Source of the DNA: Acidimicrobiia bacterium
GTDB taxonomy: Bacteria; Actinomycetota; Acidimicrobiia; Acidimicrobiales; JANYDT01
Direction of reading: 5' to 3'
NCBI GenBank assembly: GCA_031383405.1
Contig: JANMZO010000293.1
Span: forward strand, 3,820 to 67,819
Length of the DNA stretch: 64,000 nucleotides
The notes under the pieces are model-generated. The model did no database searches, was not told the DNA's origin, and worked only from the letters and a program-made list of their open reading frames with translations. Each line of letters starts with the position of its first letter. Position 1 is the first letter of the stretch. Shown piece by piece: positions 37,176 through 47,691 of this stretch. The position numbers and the translations under genes are program-made.

Positions 37176-38555
37176 TCAGCCTTCCGGGAGCTGCGACTCC
37201 GGTACAAACGACCCGTGAAAACCGAAAGGTATGCGTCGGGGGAGGTGCACCGTCGCCACGGCAGGACCGGAGAACGATTGCGCGTCGACAATCACCAGGT
37301 CGCTTGTGTCGGTGGCCGCGTCATGAACGTAGGTCATCACCCAGCCGGCGTCTTCCTCCGTACCATCGGGATCGGCGACAAACACGCCTTCACCGGGTTT
37401 GCGTCCAGGACCGAAGTCGTGACTCGTCCGACCACCGTTCTGCAGGTCGTACTTGAGCAGTTCCGTGGCAAACACGGCGTCACCGTTGCCCGGACGCGTT
37501 GCGGTCATGTACCCGAATCGATTCGGTAGACCAACCACGGCATCGGAGACGCGGGCGAACTCCGCTGGGCGGTCGTCGAGTGCCTCCTCGGTGACTTGAC
37601 CCGTCGTGAGGTTGAGCACCCACCGGTGGAGGAGCGCGACGCTGTCGAACTCCTCACTCCCCTTCCTCCACATTGACCTGAACCGGCCAACGTCGAGAAC
37701 GATCTCCCGACCCTTCGGAGTCTCGCGTTCATAGGCGTTCATCGGATGGAACACGTAGCAGGGATCGATGTCGAACCAACGAACATCACCGTTGGAACCG
37801 TTGCGCGGCATCACTCCGAGCCGGGCACCGTAGCTGTCGTCCCAGCGAAACGGCATCCCTCCCGTCATGGCAATGTCGAGATCGAACACCACGGGAAGAT
37901 CCATGAAGATCGCGTGGTTGCGGGTGACATTGAAGTCATGCATCATCGTTGGGCCGGGTACGGTGATCTCCTCGCTCTGTACCAGCGCACCGGAGGCATC
38001 CACGCGGTGATAGGTCAGATACGGCGGCAGCAAGCCGTAGCCAAAGAACAGCATCTCGCCCGTCTCCGGGCACACCTTGGGATGCGCCGTCATGGCCGTC
38101 GTGAGCCGACCGTCGAAGCTATGCGCGCCTATTGTTTCCAGTCGTTCATTGACCTCCCAGGGCAGATGGGCTTCTTCCAGCGCGAGTATCCGACCGGCGT
38201 GACAGATCACGTGCGTGTTCGCGGCCGAGCCGCGGGTCCGGTCAAACGTTCCGTCGTCGTTGAACATCGGGAGGCGGTCATCGTCATAGAGGCCGGTCCG
38301 CACGTAACGGTTGCGGTACCACTGTGCTCGTCCCCCGTGAAGGCGAAGGCCGTGGAGCATCCCGTTACCGAAGAACCAGTGCGGTGATTTTCCCGTCCGA
38401 GGATTCGCGCCGTTGCGGATGAACAGGCCGTTGATGGCCGACGGAATCGTTCCGCTCACCTCAAGACTGCCGATCTCGACCTCGTCGAAAACGGGCGCAA
38501 AGTTTCCCCTCAGGTGCCAGGGCACGCGGGTCGTCGGCTCAGCTACGTCAGTCAT
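37176..38555 (-). CDS. carotenoid oxygenase family protein (carotenoid/stilbene cleavage dioxygenase)
   Basis: NFAPV..E, RNGANP, MMHDFNVT, FHPMNAYE and FGFHGSF (four-His iron site pattern). ATG 38555 preferred over TTG 38567. Confidence 0.85.
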   Translation of the reverse strand: MTDVAEPTTRVPWHLRGNFAPVFDEVEIGSLEVSGTIPSAINGLFIRNGANPRTGKSPHWFFGNGMLHGLRLHGGRAQWYRNRYVRTGLYDDDRLPMFNDDGTFDRTRGSAANTHVICHAGRILALEEAHLPWEVNERLETIGAHSFDGRLTTAMTAHPKVCPETGEMLFFGYGLLPPYLTYHRVDASGALVQSEEITVPGPTMMHDFNVTRNHAIFMDLPVVFDLDIAMTGGMPFRWDDSYGARLGVMPRNGSNGDVRWFDIDPCYVFHPMNAYERETPKGREIVLDVGRFRSMWRKGSEEFDSVALLHRWVLNLTTGQVTEEALDDRPAEFARVSDAVVGLPNRFGYMTATRPGNGDAVFATELLKYDLQNGGRTSHDFGPGRKPGEGVFVADPDGTEEDAGWVMTYVHDAATDTSDLVIVDAQSFSGPAVATVHLPRRIPFGFHGSFVPESQLPEG

Positions 38556-38590
38556 GCTCTCTCCCAAATCCGTTCTCTAACGAAACCGTC

Positions 38591-38635
38591 CTTGCAAAAA
38601 CCGTTTTTACAAAAACAGACTTTACAAAAACAGAC
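38591..38635. repeat. A-rich 15-bp tandem repeat x3 (tttacaaaaacagac; first copy diverged)
   Basis: 38591-38605 (cttgcaaaaaccgtt), 38606-38620 and 38621-38635, in the divergent promoter region. Confidence 0.85.
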
Positions 38636-38754
38636 TTCCGATAATCGTACCTCCACACCGCCACCAATACGCAGTGCGACCCGACGCCAACCCGGCACCG
38701 AAGAATTCCCACGCCATCTCCCTTATTCCGGGGAACGGCCGATAGCCTCGCTTC

Positions 38755-41046
38755 ATGGATCTGGCCGGAGCGGAAACCCAGCAGTTGAGCTCCGGGTTGG
38801 GAATCACGCTTGACCTCGCCGGAGAGTGGCGGGCCACAAAGGCGTCCGACGAACTTCGCCGGGTGTTTGCCGACCTTGGATACGACGACACGGCCAACGG
38901 TCGGATGGCGGTTGGATCGACGGGGGATGTTTGGACGACCATCGACATTCCGGGCCACTGGAGATCGCACCCGGCCTTCACCGATAACGACGATCCGCTC
39001 CTCTACCGCCATCGGTTCACTGCTCCGAAACCGGTTGAGGGTCGACGATCATGGCTCAAGTTCGACGGCATCTTCTACCAGGGCGACGTATGGCTCGACA
39101 GCGTGTACGTCGGAGACACCGAGGGCTACTACCTGCCCCACGATTTCGAGGTCACCGATCACCTTCGCCAGCGCGAAGACCACGTTGTTGCCGTGGAAGT
39201 GTCGTGTCAACCGCAGACCGACAGGGTCGCGAAACGCAACCTCACGGGCGTTTTCCAACACTGGGACTGCATCGCTCCCGACTGGAACCCGGGTGGGATC
39301 TGGCGCGGCGTACGTATCGAAGAGACCGGACCCGTGCGCATCAAGCGACTCCGGTGCATATGCCTCAGCGCTTCCTCGGAGCGGGCCGAACTCAAAATCC
39401 GGGCGCTGCTCGACTGTGACAAGCCCGGGACGGTCCGTCTGCGGTCCGACGTCGGCACCACTCTGCACGAGTTCGACCACGCAGTGGCAAAAGGGAGCAA
39501 CCGGGTGGAATGGCGGGTCACCGTCGAACGACCGAAGCTCTGGTGGCCCATATCGCTAGGGCAGCCGAACCTGACCGACGTCAGCATCTCGGTGTTCGCC
39601 CTGGTTGGCGACCGTGACGAGGAGCACTCAACCACACGTGAACCGAGCGATGTCCGCGCGTTCCGCACCGGCCTTCGCGAAGTTCGCATGAAGAACTGGA
39701 TCTTCACGATCAACGGAGAACGACTCCACTTGAAAGGCGCCAACCTGGGACCGACCCGAATGGCGATCGGTGATGCGACGCCGTCGGAACTCAAACGTGA
39801 TGTCACCCTCGCTCAGGAGGCCGGACTCGATCTCATTCGCGTACACGCGCACATCACCCACCCCGCCTTCTACGAAGCCGCCGATGAAGCCGGAATGCTC
39901 ATATGGCAGGACATGCCGTTGCAGTGGGGGTATGCCCGGACCGTCCGCAAGCAGGCAGTCAGACAGGCCGGCGAAACCGTCGATCTGCTGGGTCACCATC
40001 CGTCGATCATCCACTGGTGTGGGCACAATGAACCCCTCGCGCTCGACGTGAACCCCGAGACGATGGCCGGTCCGGCGAAGAAGGCGGCCGAAATGAAGAT
40101 GCGGTATCTGATGCTGCAGGAACTGCCCACGTGGAACAAATCGGTGCTCGACTTCGCTATCCACCGCGCGCTCAGCAAGTCCGACGAATCGAGGCCGGTC
40201 ACTGCGCACTCCGGAATTCTTCCGGGACCCACGTCGGGTGGGACCGACTCGCATCTGTACTTCGGTTGGTACCACGGCCGCGAGCGGGATCTGCCGACCT
40301 TGTTACGGACGTTTCCGCGGATGGCGCGCTTTGTCAGCGAATTCGGCGCCCAGGCGATCCCTGTCGACAGTTCCTTCATCGACGCATCTCTGTGGCCTGA
40401 CCTCGACTGGGACCGGCTCGGTCATGACCGGGCCTTGCAGAAGACGTTCTTCGACCGGGTCGTTCCTCCGACCGATTACCGCACGTTCGACGACTGGAAG
40501 ACCGCCACCCAGGTCTACCAGGCGGAACTCCTTCGCCGGCACATCGAGGAACTTCGACGCATCAAGTACCGACCCAATGGCGGGTTCGCGCTGTTCAGTC
40601 TGGCCGATTCACTCGATCATCCTGCGGTTACGTGGGCCATTCTCGGCCACGACCGTCAACCCAAGCCCGCCTTCGAAGCGGTGCAGGAGGCGTGTCGTCC
40701 GGTGATCGTCACGATCGACCGGCCACCCCTGGTCGTCACGGTCGGTGATGCCTTGACCTTCGACGTGCATGTGGTTTCCGATGTGCGACACGTCTTGCGG
40801 GGAGCGACGGTCCGCGCCGAACTCCGGTGGCCCGGAGGAACCCACTCCTGGGTCTGGGGTGGTGATGTGGCGGCCGACGCGTGCACGCGAATCGGTGCGA
40901 TCGATTTTGTTGTGCCGTCGCCGGTACATCCAGCGAGCCTCAGCCAACGTCCGGACCGGGCCGACGTCGGGTCCCTCAACATTGATGTGACCCTCGAACA
41001 CCCTGAAGCCACGGCAACCAACCGCTACACCACCCGTTTCGTCTGA
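38755..41046 (+). CDS. glycoside hydrolase family 2 protein (beta-mannosidase-like)
   Basis: 763 aa. N-terminal sugar-binding region (WLKFDGIFYQGDVWLDSVYVG), TIM barrel with WCGHNEP (acid/base) and VSEFGAQ (nucleophile). Confidence 0.8.
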   Translation: MDLAGAETQQLSSGLGITLDLAGEWRATKASDELRRVFADLGYDDTANGRMAVGSTGDVWTTIDIPGHWRSHPAFTDNDDPLLYRHRFTAPKPVEGRRSWLKFDGIFYQGDVWLDSVYVGDTEGYYLPHDFEVTDHLRQREDHVVAVEVSCQPQTDRVAKRNLTGVFQHWDCIAPDWNPGGIWRGVRIEETGPVRIKRLRCICLSASSERAELKIRALLDCDKPGTVRLRSDVGTTLHEFDHAVAKGSNRVEWRVTVERPKLWWPISLGQPNLTDVSISVFALVGDRDEEHSTTREPSDVRAFRTGLREVRMKNWIFTINGERLHLKGANLGPTRMAIGDATPSELKRDVTLAQEAGLDLIRVHAHITHPAFYEAADEAGMLIWQDMPLQWGYARTVRKQAVRQAGETVDLLGHHPSIIHWCGHNEPLALDVNPETMAGPAKKAAEMKMRYLMLQELPTWNKSVLDFAIHRALSKSDESRPVTAHSGILPGPTSGGTDSHLYFGWYHGRERDLPTLLRTFPRMARFVSEFGAQAIPVDSSFIDASLWPDLDWDRLGHDRALQKTFFDRVVPPTDYRTFDDWKTATQVYQAELLRRHIEELRRIKYRPNGGFALFSLADSLDHPAVTWAILGHDRQPKPAFEAVQEACRPVIVTIDRPPLVVTVGDALTFDVHVVSDVRHVLRGATVRAELRWPGGTHSWVWGGDVAADACTRIGAIDFVVPSPVHPASLSQRPDRADVGSLNIDVTLEHPEATATNRYTTRFV

Positions 41047-41363
41047 CTCGAACCGGAAAATCGCGGGCGACGGCCGATGCCCCGGCGGTGGAACAGTCTT
41101 GGGCTCCCTCCGGGGCAATGCGTGATTCTCGCCCCGAACGAAGATCTTGGGAGTAGGGGTTTCTGCGCGGACACGACCAAAGAATTAGGCAATCGTGCCC
41201 GCGAGCCATTAATTTCATCTGTCGCAGTGTCGTGGTCGGGGATTGCTTCACTGGCAGCGATAGACCGTTCACCAATTCCGTTCACAATCAACAAGCCGAC
41301 AGTCGTTCGACCGAGACGGCCCACTCACAATTTGTGCCCTCAGCACGCAGGAGGACGGCCCAC

Positions 41364-42128
41364 ATGGCCAACGTATCGAGCACCGCAGGCGGAACCGCCA
41401 CACCACGAAAATTGCCCTTTGCGGTCGAGTTCTACCGCTCAGCCATCGGCAAGAAATACGTGATGGCGGTCACCGGCATCATGCTGATCGGGTTCGCTCT
41501 CACCCACATGATCGGTAACTTGAAGGTGTACCTGGGTGCTATGCCGTCGACCAGCAAATATGCTTACCACATCGATGAATACGGGGAATTTCTCCGCCGC
41601 ATCGGTGAGCCGATCTTTCCCCACACCGTGCTGCTGTGGATTCTCCGCCTCGGGCTCATCAGCGCATTCGTACTGCACATGCACGCCGCCTTCAGCCTGA
41701 CGATCATAAATCGCAAGGCCCGCAAGGTCGGCTACCAGGCCAAGCGTGACTACGTGGCCGCCAACTACGCGAGTCGCACCATGCGCGTGTCCGGCATCAT
41801 CTTCTTTCTCTTCCTGATCTGGCATCTGGCCGACCTGACCTGGGGTGTGAGTGGCATCGCCGGCGACGGATGGAAGCGTGGTGAGGTCTACAACAACCTT
41901 GACGCCAGCCTCAGTCGGATTCCGATTGCGCTTCTCTATATTGGCGCCAACTTGGCATTGGGTACGCATCTGTTCCACGGTGCATGGAGCTTCTTTCAAA
42001 GTCTCGGTATCAACAACCCTCGGTTCAACAAGGCCCGAAAGGCATTCGCCCTGGGCATCGCCGGGATCATCGTTGCGGGCAACATCAGTTTTCCGATTGC
42101 CGTACTCGTAGGCGTCGTAGGAAAGTAA
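41364..42128 (+). CDS. sdhC: succinate dehydrogenase/fumarate reductase cytochrome b subunit (b558-type)
   Basis: Five hydrophobic helices with conserved His residues. AGGAGGA lies 8 nt upstream of the ATG. Immediately precedes sdhA. Confidence 0.8.
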   Translation: MANVSSTAGGTATPRKLPFAVEFYRSAIGKKYVMAVTGIMLIGFALTHMIGNLKVYLGAMPSTSKYAYHIDEYGEFLRRIGEPIFPHTVLLWILRLGLISAFVLHMHAAFSLTIINRKARKVGYQAKRDYVAANYASRTMRVSGIIFFLFLIWHLADLTWGVSGIAGDGWKRGEVYNNLDASLSRIPIALLYIGANLALGTHLFHGAWSFFQSLGINNPRFNKARKAFALGIAGIIVAGNISFPIAVLVGVVGK

Positions 42129-42140
42129 GGCAGGAGAGCC

Positions 42141-44069
42141 ATGAGCGACATCACACTTGATGCAAAGACCCCCTCGGGGCCGATTGAGGACCGTTGGGAC
42201 AACCACAAGTTCTCCGTGAAACTGGTGAACCCGGCCAACAAGCGGAAGTTCGACGTGATCGTCGTCGGTTCCGGGTTGGCCGGTGCGTCCGCTGCCGCAA
42301 CGCTGGCCGGCCTCGGCTACAACGTGAAGGTCTTCACGTTCCACGATTCTCCCCGCCGAGCCCACTCGATCGCGGCCCAGGGCGGTATCAACGCCTCGAA
42401 GAACTATCATGGCGACGGCGACTCGACCTACCGGTTGTTCTACGACACGGTGAAAGGCGGTGACTTCCGGTCCCGTGAGTCGAACGTTTACCGTCTGGCC
42501 CAGGTGTCGGTCGACATCATCGACCAGTCCGTTGCCACCGGCGTACCCTTCGCCCGTGAATACGGCGGTCTCCTCGCCAACCGCTCCTTCGGTGGAGCGC
42601 AGGTAAGCCGAACGTTTTACGCCCGGGGGCAGACCGGACAGCAGTTGCTGCTCGGCGCGTACCAGACCATGGCCCAGCAGATCCACAACGGCGCTATCAA
42701 GCTCTACAACCGTCACGAGATGGTCGAAGTGGTGCAGGTCGACGGCAAGGCGGCCGGCATCGTCGCCCGCGACCTTCGCACCGGAGAACTGTCGTCGCAC
42801 AGCGCCCACGCCGTCGTGCTCGCCACCGGTGGTTACGGCAACGTGTACTACCTCTCGACCAACGCCATGGCCAGCAACGTAACCGCTGCGTGGCGGGCCC
42901 ATCGGCAGGGCGCGCTGTTCGCGAACCCCTGTTTCACACAGATCCATCCCACGTGCATCCCGAGCTCCGACGAGTTCCAGTCGAAGCTGACGCTGATGTC
43001 GGAATCCCTCCGCAATGACGGCCGCATCTGGGTTCCGAAACACGCTGATGAATCCCGACCCGCCGATCAGATCCCCGAAGAGGATCGCGACTACTTCCTC
43101 GAGCGGAAGTACCCGGCGTTCGGCAACCTCGTCCCCCGCGACGTGGCATCGCGCAATGCGAAGACGATGGTCGACCAGATGAAGGGTGTCGGCCCGCTGA
43201 AGAACGGCGTGTACCTCGACTTCTCCAGCTCGCTGTTGCGCCTCGGCCGCGACGTCGTATTCGAGCGGTACGACAACCTGTTCGAAATGTACGAGCGCAT
43301 CACGGGCGAAGACCCGTTCAAGACCCCGATGCGCATCTACCCGGCCGTGCATTACACGATGGGTGGCCTGTGGGTCGACTACAACCTCATGACCAACATC
43401 CCGGGTCTCTACGCGCTCGGCGAAGCCAACTTTTCCGATCACGGGGCCAACCGTCTCGGCGCTTCGGCGCTCATGCAGGGTCTGGCCGATGGCTACTTCG
43501 TGCTGCCATACACGATCGGTGATTACCTCGCGCCCCAGCTCAACCAGAAACCCGTCGACACCAACCACGCGGCGTTCAAAGCTGCCGAATCGACGGCCCG
43601 CGACCGCTTCAAGCAGTACCTCGGTATCAAGGGAAAGCGCTCGGTCGACTGGTTTCACCGCGAGCTCGGCAAGATCATGTGGGACAACTGCGGCATGGAG
43701 CGCAGCGAAGCCTCGCTCACCAAGGCACTCTCGGAGATCCCGGCCCTTTATGAGGAGTTCAAGACCGACCTCCGCGTGCTCGGCAACGACACGTCGCTGA
43801 ACCAAAGCCTTGAGCGGGCCGGCCGGGTCGACGACTTCTTCCAACTCGGCCACCTCATGTGCCAAGACGCGCTCAATCGCCAGGAAAGCTGCGGAGGTCA
43901 TTTCCGGATCGAGCACGCCACCGAAGACGGCGAAGCACAGCGCGACGACGAAAAGTTCTCGCATGTCAGCGCGTGGGAATGGCAGGGCGAACCGCTCAAA
44001 GAAGAGGTCGAGCACCGCGAACAGCTCACCTTCGACTACGTGCACCCCAGCGTGCGCAGCTACAAATAA
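42141..44069 (+). CDS. sdhA: succinate dehydrogenase/fumarate reductase flavoprotein subunit
   Basis: [17 protein letters not shown] motif, [11 protein letters not shown] (covalent FAD His), HYTMGGL. Confidence 0.95.
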   Translation: MSDITLDAKTPSGPIEDRWDNHKFSVKLVNPANKRKFDVIVVGSGLAGASAAATLAGLGYNVKVFTFHDSPRRAHSIAAQGGINASKNYHGDGDSTYRLFYDTVKGGDFRSRESNVYRLAQVSVDIIDQSVATGVPFAREYGGLLANRSFGGAQVSRTFYARGQTGQQLLLGAYQTMAQQIHNGAIKLYNRHEMVEVVQVDGKAAGIVARDLRTGELSSHSAHAVVLATGGYGNVYYLSTNAMASNVTAAWRAHRQGALFANPCFTQIHPTCIPSSDEFQSKLTLMSESLRNDGRIWVPKHADESRPADQIPEEDRDYFLERKYPAFGNLVPRDVASRNAKTMVDQMKGVGPLKNGVYLDFSSSLLRLGRDVVFERYDNLFEMYERITGEDPFKTPMRIYPAVHYTMGGLWVDYNLMTNIPGLYALGEANFSDHGANRLGASALMQGLADGYFVLPYTIGDYLAPQLNQKPVDTNHAAFKAAESTARDRFKQYLGIKGKRSVDWFHRELGKIMWDNCGMERSEASLTKALSEIPALYEEFKTDLRVLGNDTSLNQSLERAGRVDDFFQLGHLMCQDALNRQESCGGHFRIEHATEDGEAQRDDEKFSHVSAWEWQGEPLKEEVEHREQLTFDYVHPSVRSYK

Positions 44070-44096
44070 GACCGCGTACGGAGAACCCAGCTCATC

Positions 44097-44909
44097 ATGA
44101 ACGCTCAGAACGAACTATTTATCAAAGCCGCCCCCCACGGCAAAACCATTCACGTGACACTCAACGTGTGGCGCCAGAACGGCCCGGGCGAGACCGGACA
44201 CTTCGAGACCTACGATACGCCCGGCATAAGCACCGACGCGTCGTTCCTCGAAATGCTCGACATCGTCAACGAGCGCCTCAACGACGAGGGCAAAGACCCG
44301 ATCACCTTCGATCACGACTGTCGTGAAGGCATCTGTGGCACCTGCTCGCTGATGATAAACGGCCAAGGTCACGGCCCGGAGCGGGCGACCGCCACCTGCC
44401 AGTTGCACATGCGCAAGTTCCATGACGGCCAGAACATCACGATCGAACCTTGGCGTGCCACAGCGTTTCCCGTCATCAAAGACCTCATGGTCGACCGCGC
44501 CGCCTTCGACCGCATCATCGAAGCCGGTGGCTACATCACCGTCTCAGCCGGTTCCGCTCCCGATGGGAATTTGATTCCCATTCCGAAGACGGTGGCCGAC
44601 GCGGCCATGGATGCTGCGGCCTGCATTGGTTGCGGCGCGTGCGTGGCCGCCTGCCCCAACGGCGCCGCAAGCCTCTTCACGTCAGCGAAGATCGCGCACC
44701 TCAACCTTCTCCCACAGGGCCAGAGCGAACGCTTCAGGCGGGTTGAAGCCATGGTCGACACAATGGAGCAGTACTTCGGCTCGTGCACCAACCACGGCGA
44801 ATGCCAGGAGGCCTGCCCCAAGTCGATTTCGATCGACTGGATAGCACTCATGAACCGCGACTACTTCAAGGCCAAAGTCAAGAACCGGCGCATGCTCAGC
44901 CGGAACTGA
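44097..44909 (+). CDS. sdhB: succinate dehydrogenase/fumarate reductase iron-sulfur subunit
   Basis: CREGICGTC (2Fe-2S), [12 protein letters not shown] (4Fe-4S) and [12 protein letters not shown] (3Fe-4S) clusters. Confidence 0.95.
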   Translation: MNAQNELFIKAAPHGKTIHVTLNVWRQNGPGETGHFETYDTPGISTDASFLEMLDIVNERLNDEGKDPITFDHDCREGICGTCSLMINGQGHGPERATATCQLHMRKFHDGQNITIEPWRATAFPVIKDLMVDRAAFDRIIEAGGYITVSAGSAPDGNLIPIPKTVADAAMDAAACIGCGACVAACPNGAASLFTSAKIAHLNLLPQGQSERFRRVEAMVDTMEQYFGSCTNHGECQEACPKSISIDWIALMNRDYFKAKVKNRRMLSRN

Positions 44910-44951
44910 CCGCTGCCGCTGCCGCTGCCGTCGGCTTCGGCTTCGGCTTCG
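44910..44951. repeat. two adjacent hexamer arrays: ccgctg x3 then tcggct x3
   Basis: 44910-44927 and 44931-48, each followed by a partial unit. They start at the base after the sdhB stop and are followed by the hairpin GAAGTC-gggtcg-GACTTC (44954-44971). Confidence 0.95.
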
Positions 44952-44971
44952 ACGAAGTCGGGTCGGACTTC

Positions 44972-45634
44972 CTACGAAGCGCGGTTGGTCATCTTTTTGC
45001 GTTCAACGATGCGGTAGTTACGATCGCGCTGTTCGAGCCAGCCGAGTCGCACAAACGCGGCGATCGCCTTGTTGACCCGCTCCCGGGACGCTCCGATCAT
45101 CCCGGCGAGTTCCTCCTGCGTAATCGGAAGCGTGAACTCGTCGGCGTTGCCGGCGATGTCGAGCAGCCGTTTGGCGGTGCGCCCGGTGACGTCGAGGAAG
45201 ACGGAATCGGCAATTGCCTCGTTGGCTTCCCGTAGGCGACGACTGAGGAGCCCGATCACGCTCCACAGGGCCTGAGCATCACCCGCGAAGTGCTTCCGCA
45301 ATATTGAGTAGGGAACACCGATGATCTCACTCGTCTCCAGCGCCCGCGCGCCGGCGGAACGCGTCTGGGCCTCGGAGAAGAGGGCCATATCGCCAAACAG
45401 GTCGCCGGGGCCCATCAATGCCAGAACCGACTCGCGGCCATCTACCGACCGGTTCGAGATCGCGATTCGTCCACTGATCACCACGTAGAGATCAGAAGCC
45501 GGGTCAGATTCGGAGAAGACGACATCACCCCGGTGGTAGGTCGACATTGTGGCGTTGGACGAGATTTCGGCGACGGTCTCATCGCTGAACCCGAAAAAGA
45601 AGTCGATCGACCGGAGAAAATGGGTGATGTCCAC
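44972..45634 (-). CDS. crp: Crp/Fnr family transcriptional regulator (cAMP receptor protein-like)
   Basis: cNMP-binding domain ([21 protein letters not shown]) and C-terminal HTH ([23 protein letters not shown]). Confidence 0.9.
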   Translation of the reverse strand: MDITHFLRSIDFFFGFSDETVAEISSNATMSTYHRGDVVFSESDPASDLYVVISGRIAISNRSVDGRESVLALMGPGDLFGDMALFSEAQTRSAGARALETSEIIGVPYSILRKHFAGDAQALWSVIGLLSRRLREANEAIADSVFLDVTGRTAKRLLDIAGNADEFTLPITQEELAGMIGASRERVNKAIAAFVRLGWLEQRDRNYRIVERKKMTNRAS

Positions 45635-45757
45635 CTACTGAGGTTACCCGCCCCATCCACCTGTGACGAATGTCTCGCTCTGAACGCCTTCGTTTCACGA
45701 TCGACCCGCCGATTTTCGGTGTGTGCGGTGGCATTCGTTCGATGTGGCCAGGCTCGG

Positions 45758-45901
45758 GTCGCAGGTCCGTCGCAGGTCCGTCGCAGGTGGGGTCACGGTT
45801 CGGGTCAGCGTTCGGGTCACGGTTCGGGTCGCGGTTCGAGTCAGCGTTCGGGTCACGGCGAGGAAGGGCCAGGAAAGCGCCGGGAAGCGCCGGGAAGCGC
45901 C
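45758..45901. repeat. three consecutive tandem arrays in the crp-carD divergent region: 11-bp x3, 12-bp x~6, 10-bp x3-4
   Basis: gtcgcaggtcc at 45758-45790; ggtcacggttcg-type units at 45791-45862; (a)gggaagcgcc units at 45861-45901. Confidence 0.95.
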
Positions 45902-45965
45902 AATTGGAGGGCGGGTAAAGGAAGTCCCCCGGAGGTTGTACAATTTCCCCTCGCCGTTTTGACTC

Positions 45966-45985
45966 AAGTAGACGCCTGTCTACTT
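45966..45985. promoter_or_regulatory. perfect 8-bp inverted repeat in the carD leader (candidate operator or RNA hairpin)
   Basis: AAGTAGAC-gcct-GTCTACTT, 18 nt upstream of the carD ATG and overlapping nothing else. Confidence 0.35.
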
Positions 45986-46003
45986 CGGCTCCCTAGGAGT
46001 GCC

Positions 46004-46483
46004 ATGCCGTTCGATGTTGGTGACAAGGTTGTTTATCCCCACCATGGTGCTGCCACCATCGAAAAGAAGGAGAAGCGGACGATAAATGGCGAGGAGAAGG
46101 AGTACCTCGTGCTTCGCGTGGCCTACGGCGACCTTACGCTGTCAGTTCCGGCCGAAAACGCCGAGAAGGTCGGCTTGCGCGACGTAATCAACGACGAAGA
46201 GGTCGAAGAAGTGTTCGCGGTACTTCGCAAGAAGGAAGCCCGCATGCCGACCAACTGGTCCCGCCGGTTCAAGAACCACGTCGAGAAGCTCAAGTCCGGT
46301 GATGTGTACCAGGTCGCCGAGGTCGTCCGTAACCTGTCGATCCGCGATAAGGACAAGGGGCTCTCGGCCGGCGAGAAGCGGATGCTCGTCAAGGCCCGCC
46401 AGATTCTCGTAAGCGAACTCACCTTTGCCTGCAGCGTCGACGAAGAAGAGGCCGAGAAAAAGCTCAACGACGCCCTCGTATAG
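46004..46483 (+). CDS. carD: CarD family transcriptional regulator
   Basis: [20 protein letters not shown] ... [20 protein letters not shown] lies upstream. carD-ispD-ispF order as in mycobacteria. Confidence 0.95.
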   Translation: MPFDVGDKVVYPHHGAATIEKKEKRTINGEEKEYLVLRVAYGDLTLSVPAENAEKVGLRDVINDEEVEEVFAVLRKKEARMPTNWSRRFKNHVEKLKSGDVYQVAEVVRNLSIRDKDKGLSAGEKRMLVKARQILVSELTFACSVDEEEAEKKLNDALV

Positions 46484-46508
46484 CGACTCCCAGCGGACTC
46501 CTGCAGAC

Positions 46509-47198
46509 ATGACCCGCAGCGAGTCGTCTGACCGTTCCTGGGACCCCTCCGGCCCGGTGTGGACCATCGTTGTGGCGGGTGGCTCCGGCCATCGTTACGG
46601 CGGCGCTAAGCAGCTGACGGAACTGGGCCGCAAACGGGTCCTCGATCGCTCGCTCACCGTGGCTTCGTCGGTTAGCGACGGAGTCGTACTTGTCGTCACG
46701 GAAGATCGCGTGCGGGCCGAGCAGGGCGCAGCCAACGCGGTCGTGGCCGGAGGAACAACTAGGTCGGCTTCGGTCCGCAGGGGGTTGGCAGCGGTCCCAG
46801 ACGACGCTGCCGTGATCGTGGTGCACGATGCGGCCCGACCACTCGCACCGGCCTCGGCGTTCACCCGCGCAATCGACCTCGTCCGCGGCGGAGCACCCGC
46901 CGCGATCACCGCGATTGCCGTGGTTGACACGCTGAAGCGGGTCGAGGGTTCGATCGTTGTCGAGACGCTCGACCGGTCCTCGCTCGTCGCCGTGCAGACC
47001 CCGCAGGCGTTCCGGGCCGATGTGCTCAGAGCGGCTCACACCTCCGAATTGGAGGCGACCGACGATGCCGGCCTCGTGGAAGCACTCGGCTTCGCGGTTT
47101 CGATTGTCGACGGCGATGTCCGGAGCCGGAAACTCACCACGCCTGACGATCTGGCGATTCTGGAAGCGTTCCTCGCCAACCTACCGGAGGCGCCATGA
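46509..47198 (+). CDS. ispD: 2-C-methyl-D-erythritol 4-phosphate cytidylyltransferase
   Basis: IVVAGGSGHRYG ... VVHDAARP motifs. Confidence 0.9.
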   Translation: MTRSESSDRSWDPSGPVWTIVVAGGSGHRYGGAKQLTELGRKRVLDRSLTVASSVSDGVVLVVTEDRVRAEQGAANAVVAGGTTRSASVRRGLAAVPDDAAVIVVHDAARPLAPASAFTRAIDLVRGGAPAAITAIAVVDTLKRVEGSIVVETLDRSSLVAVQTPQAFRADVLRAAHTSELEATDDAGLVEALGFAVSIVDGDVRSRKLTTPDDLAILEAFLANLPEAP

Positions 47199-47683
47199 GC
47201 GCCCCTGACATTCGGGTCGGACAGGGCTTCGACGTCCACCCCTTTTCCGACGACCCTGACCGCCCGCTCGTGCTCGGCGGAATCACGATTCCGGGGGCGA
47301 AGGGTCTCATCGGCCACAGCGATGCAGACGCTGTGGCCCATGCCATCACCGACGCGCTTCTCGGCGCCGCTGGGCTGGGCGATATCGGTCACCACTTCCC
47401 CGACACAGACCCGGCCTGGCGTGGAGCAAACAGCATGAACATGCTCGCCGCTACGGTTGCCCTGGTGCGTGACCGGGGATGGTCGATCGCCAACGTCGAT
47501 ACGTCCGTCGTGCTCGAAACGCCCAAGTTGGCGCCGTACCGTAACGAGATGGTGAAAGCTCTCACCGAAACGGTCGGGGCCCCGGTGTCTGTAAAGGCCA
47601 AGCGGGCCGAAGGTCTCGGCGCCCTCGGCCGACGCGAGGGCATCGCCTGTTTCGCCGTCGCTCTGCTGATCCGCGAGCGTTAG
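47195..47683 (+). CDS. ispF: 2-C-methyl-D-erythritol 2,4-cyclodiphosphate synthase
   Basis: GQGFDVH ... GHSDADAVAHAITDALLGA. ATGA overlap with ispD. Confidence 0.95.
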   Translation: MSAPDIRVGQGFDVHPFSDDPDRPLVLGGITIPGAKGLIGHSDADAVAHAITDALLGAAGLGDIGHHFPDTDPAWRGANSMNMLAATVALVRDRGWSIANVDTSVVLETPKLAPYRNEMVKALTETVGAPVSVKAKRAEGLGALGRREGIACFAVALLIRER

Positions 47684-47691
47684 GCGACTGC

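Noticed and set aside
41439-44045. 868-aa ORF on the minus strand
   Set aside because: It is entirely antisense to the clearly identified sdhC/sdhA genes. Long stop-free antisense frames are a typical high-GC artefact, and no motif was seen.
45533-46003. Long N-terminal extension of carD, and the ORFs 45670-45918 / 45723-45962 encoding GSRFGS- or VRV-type repeat peptides
   Set aside because: These are produced by reading through the tandem DNA arrays. carD has its own SD and ATG at 46004 and a normal 159-aa length.
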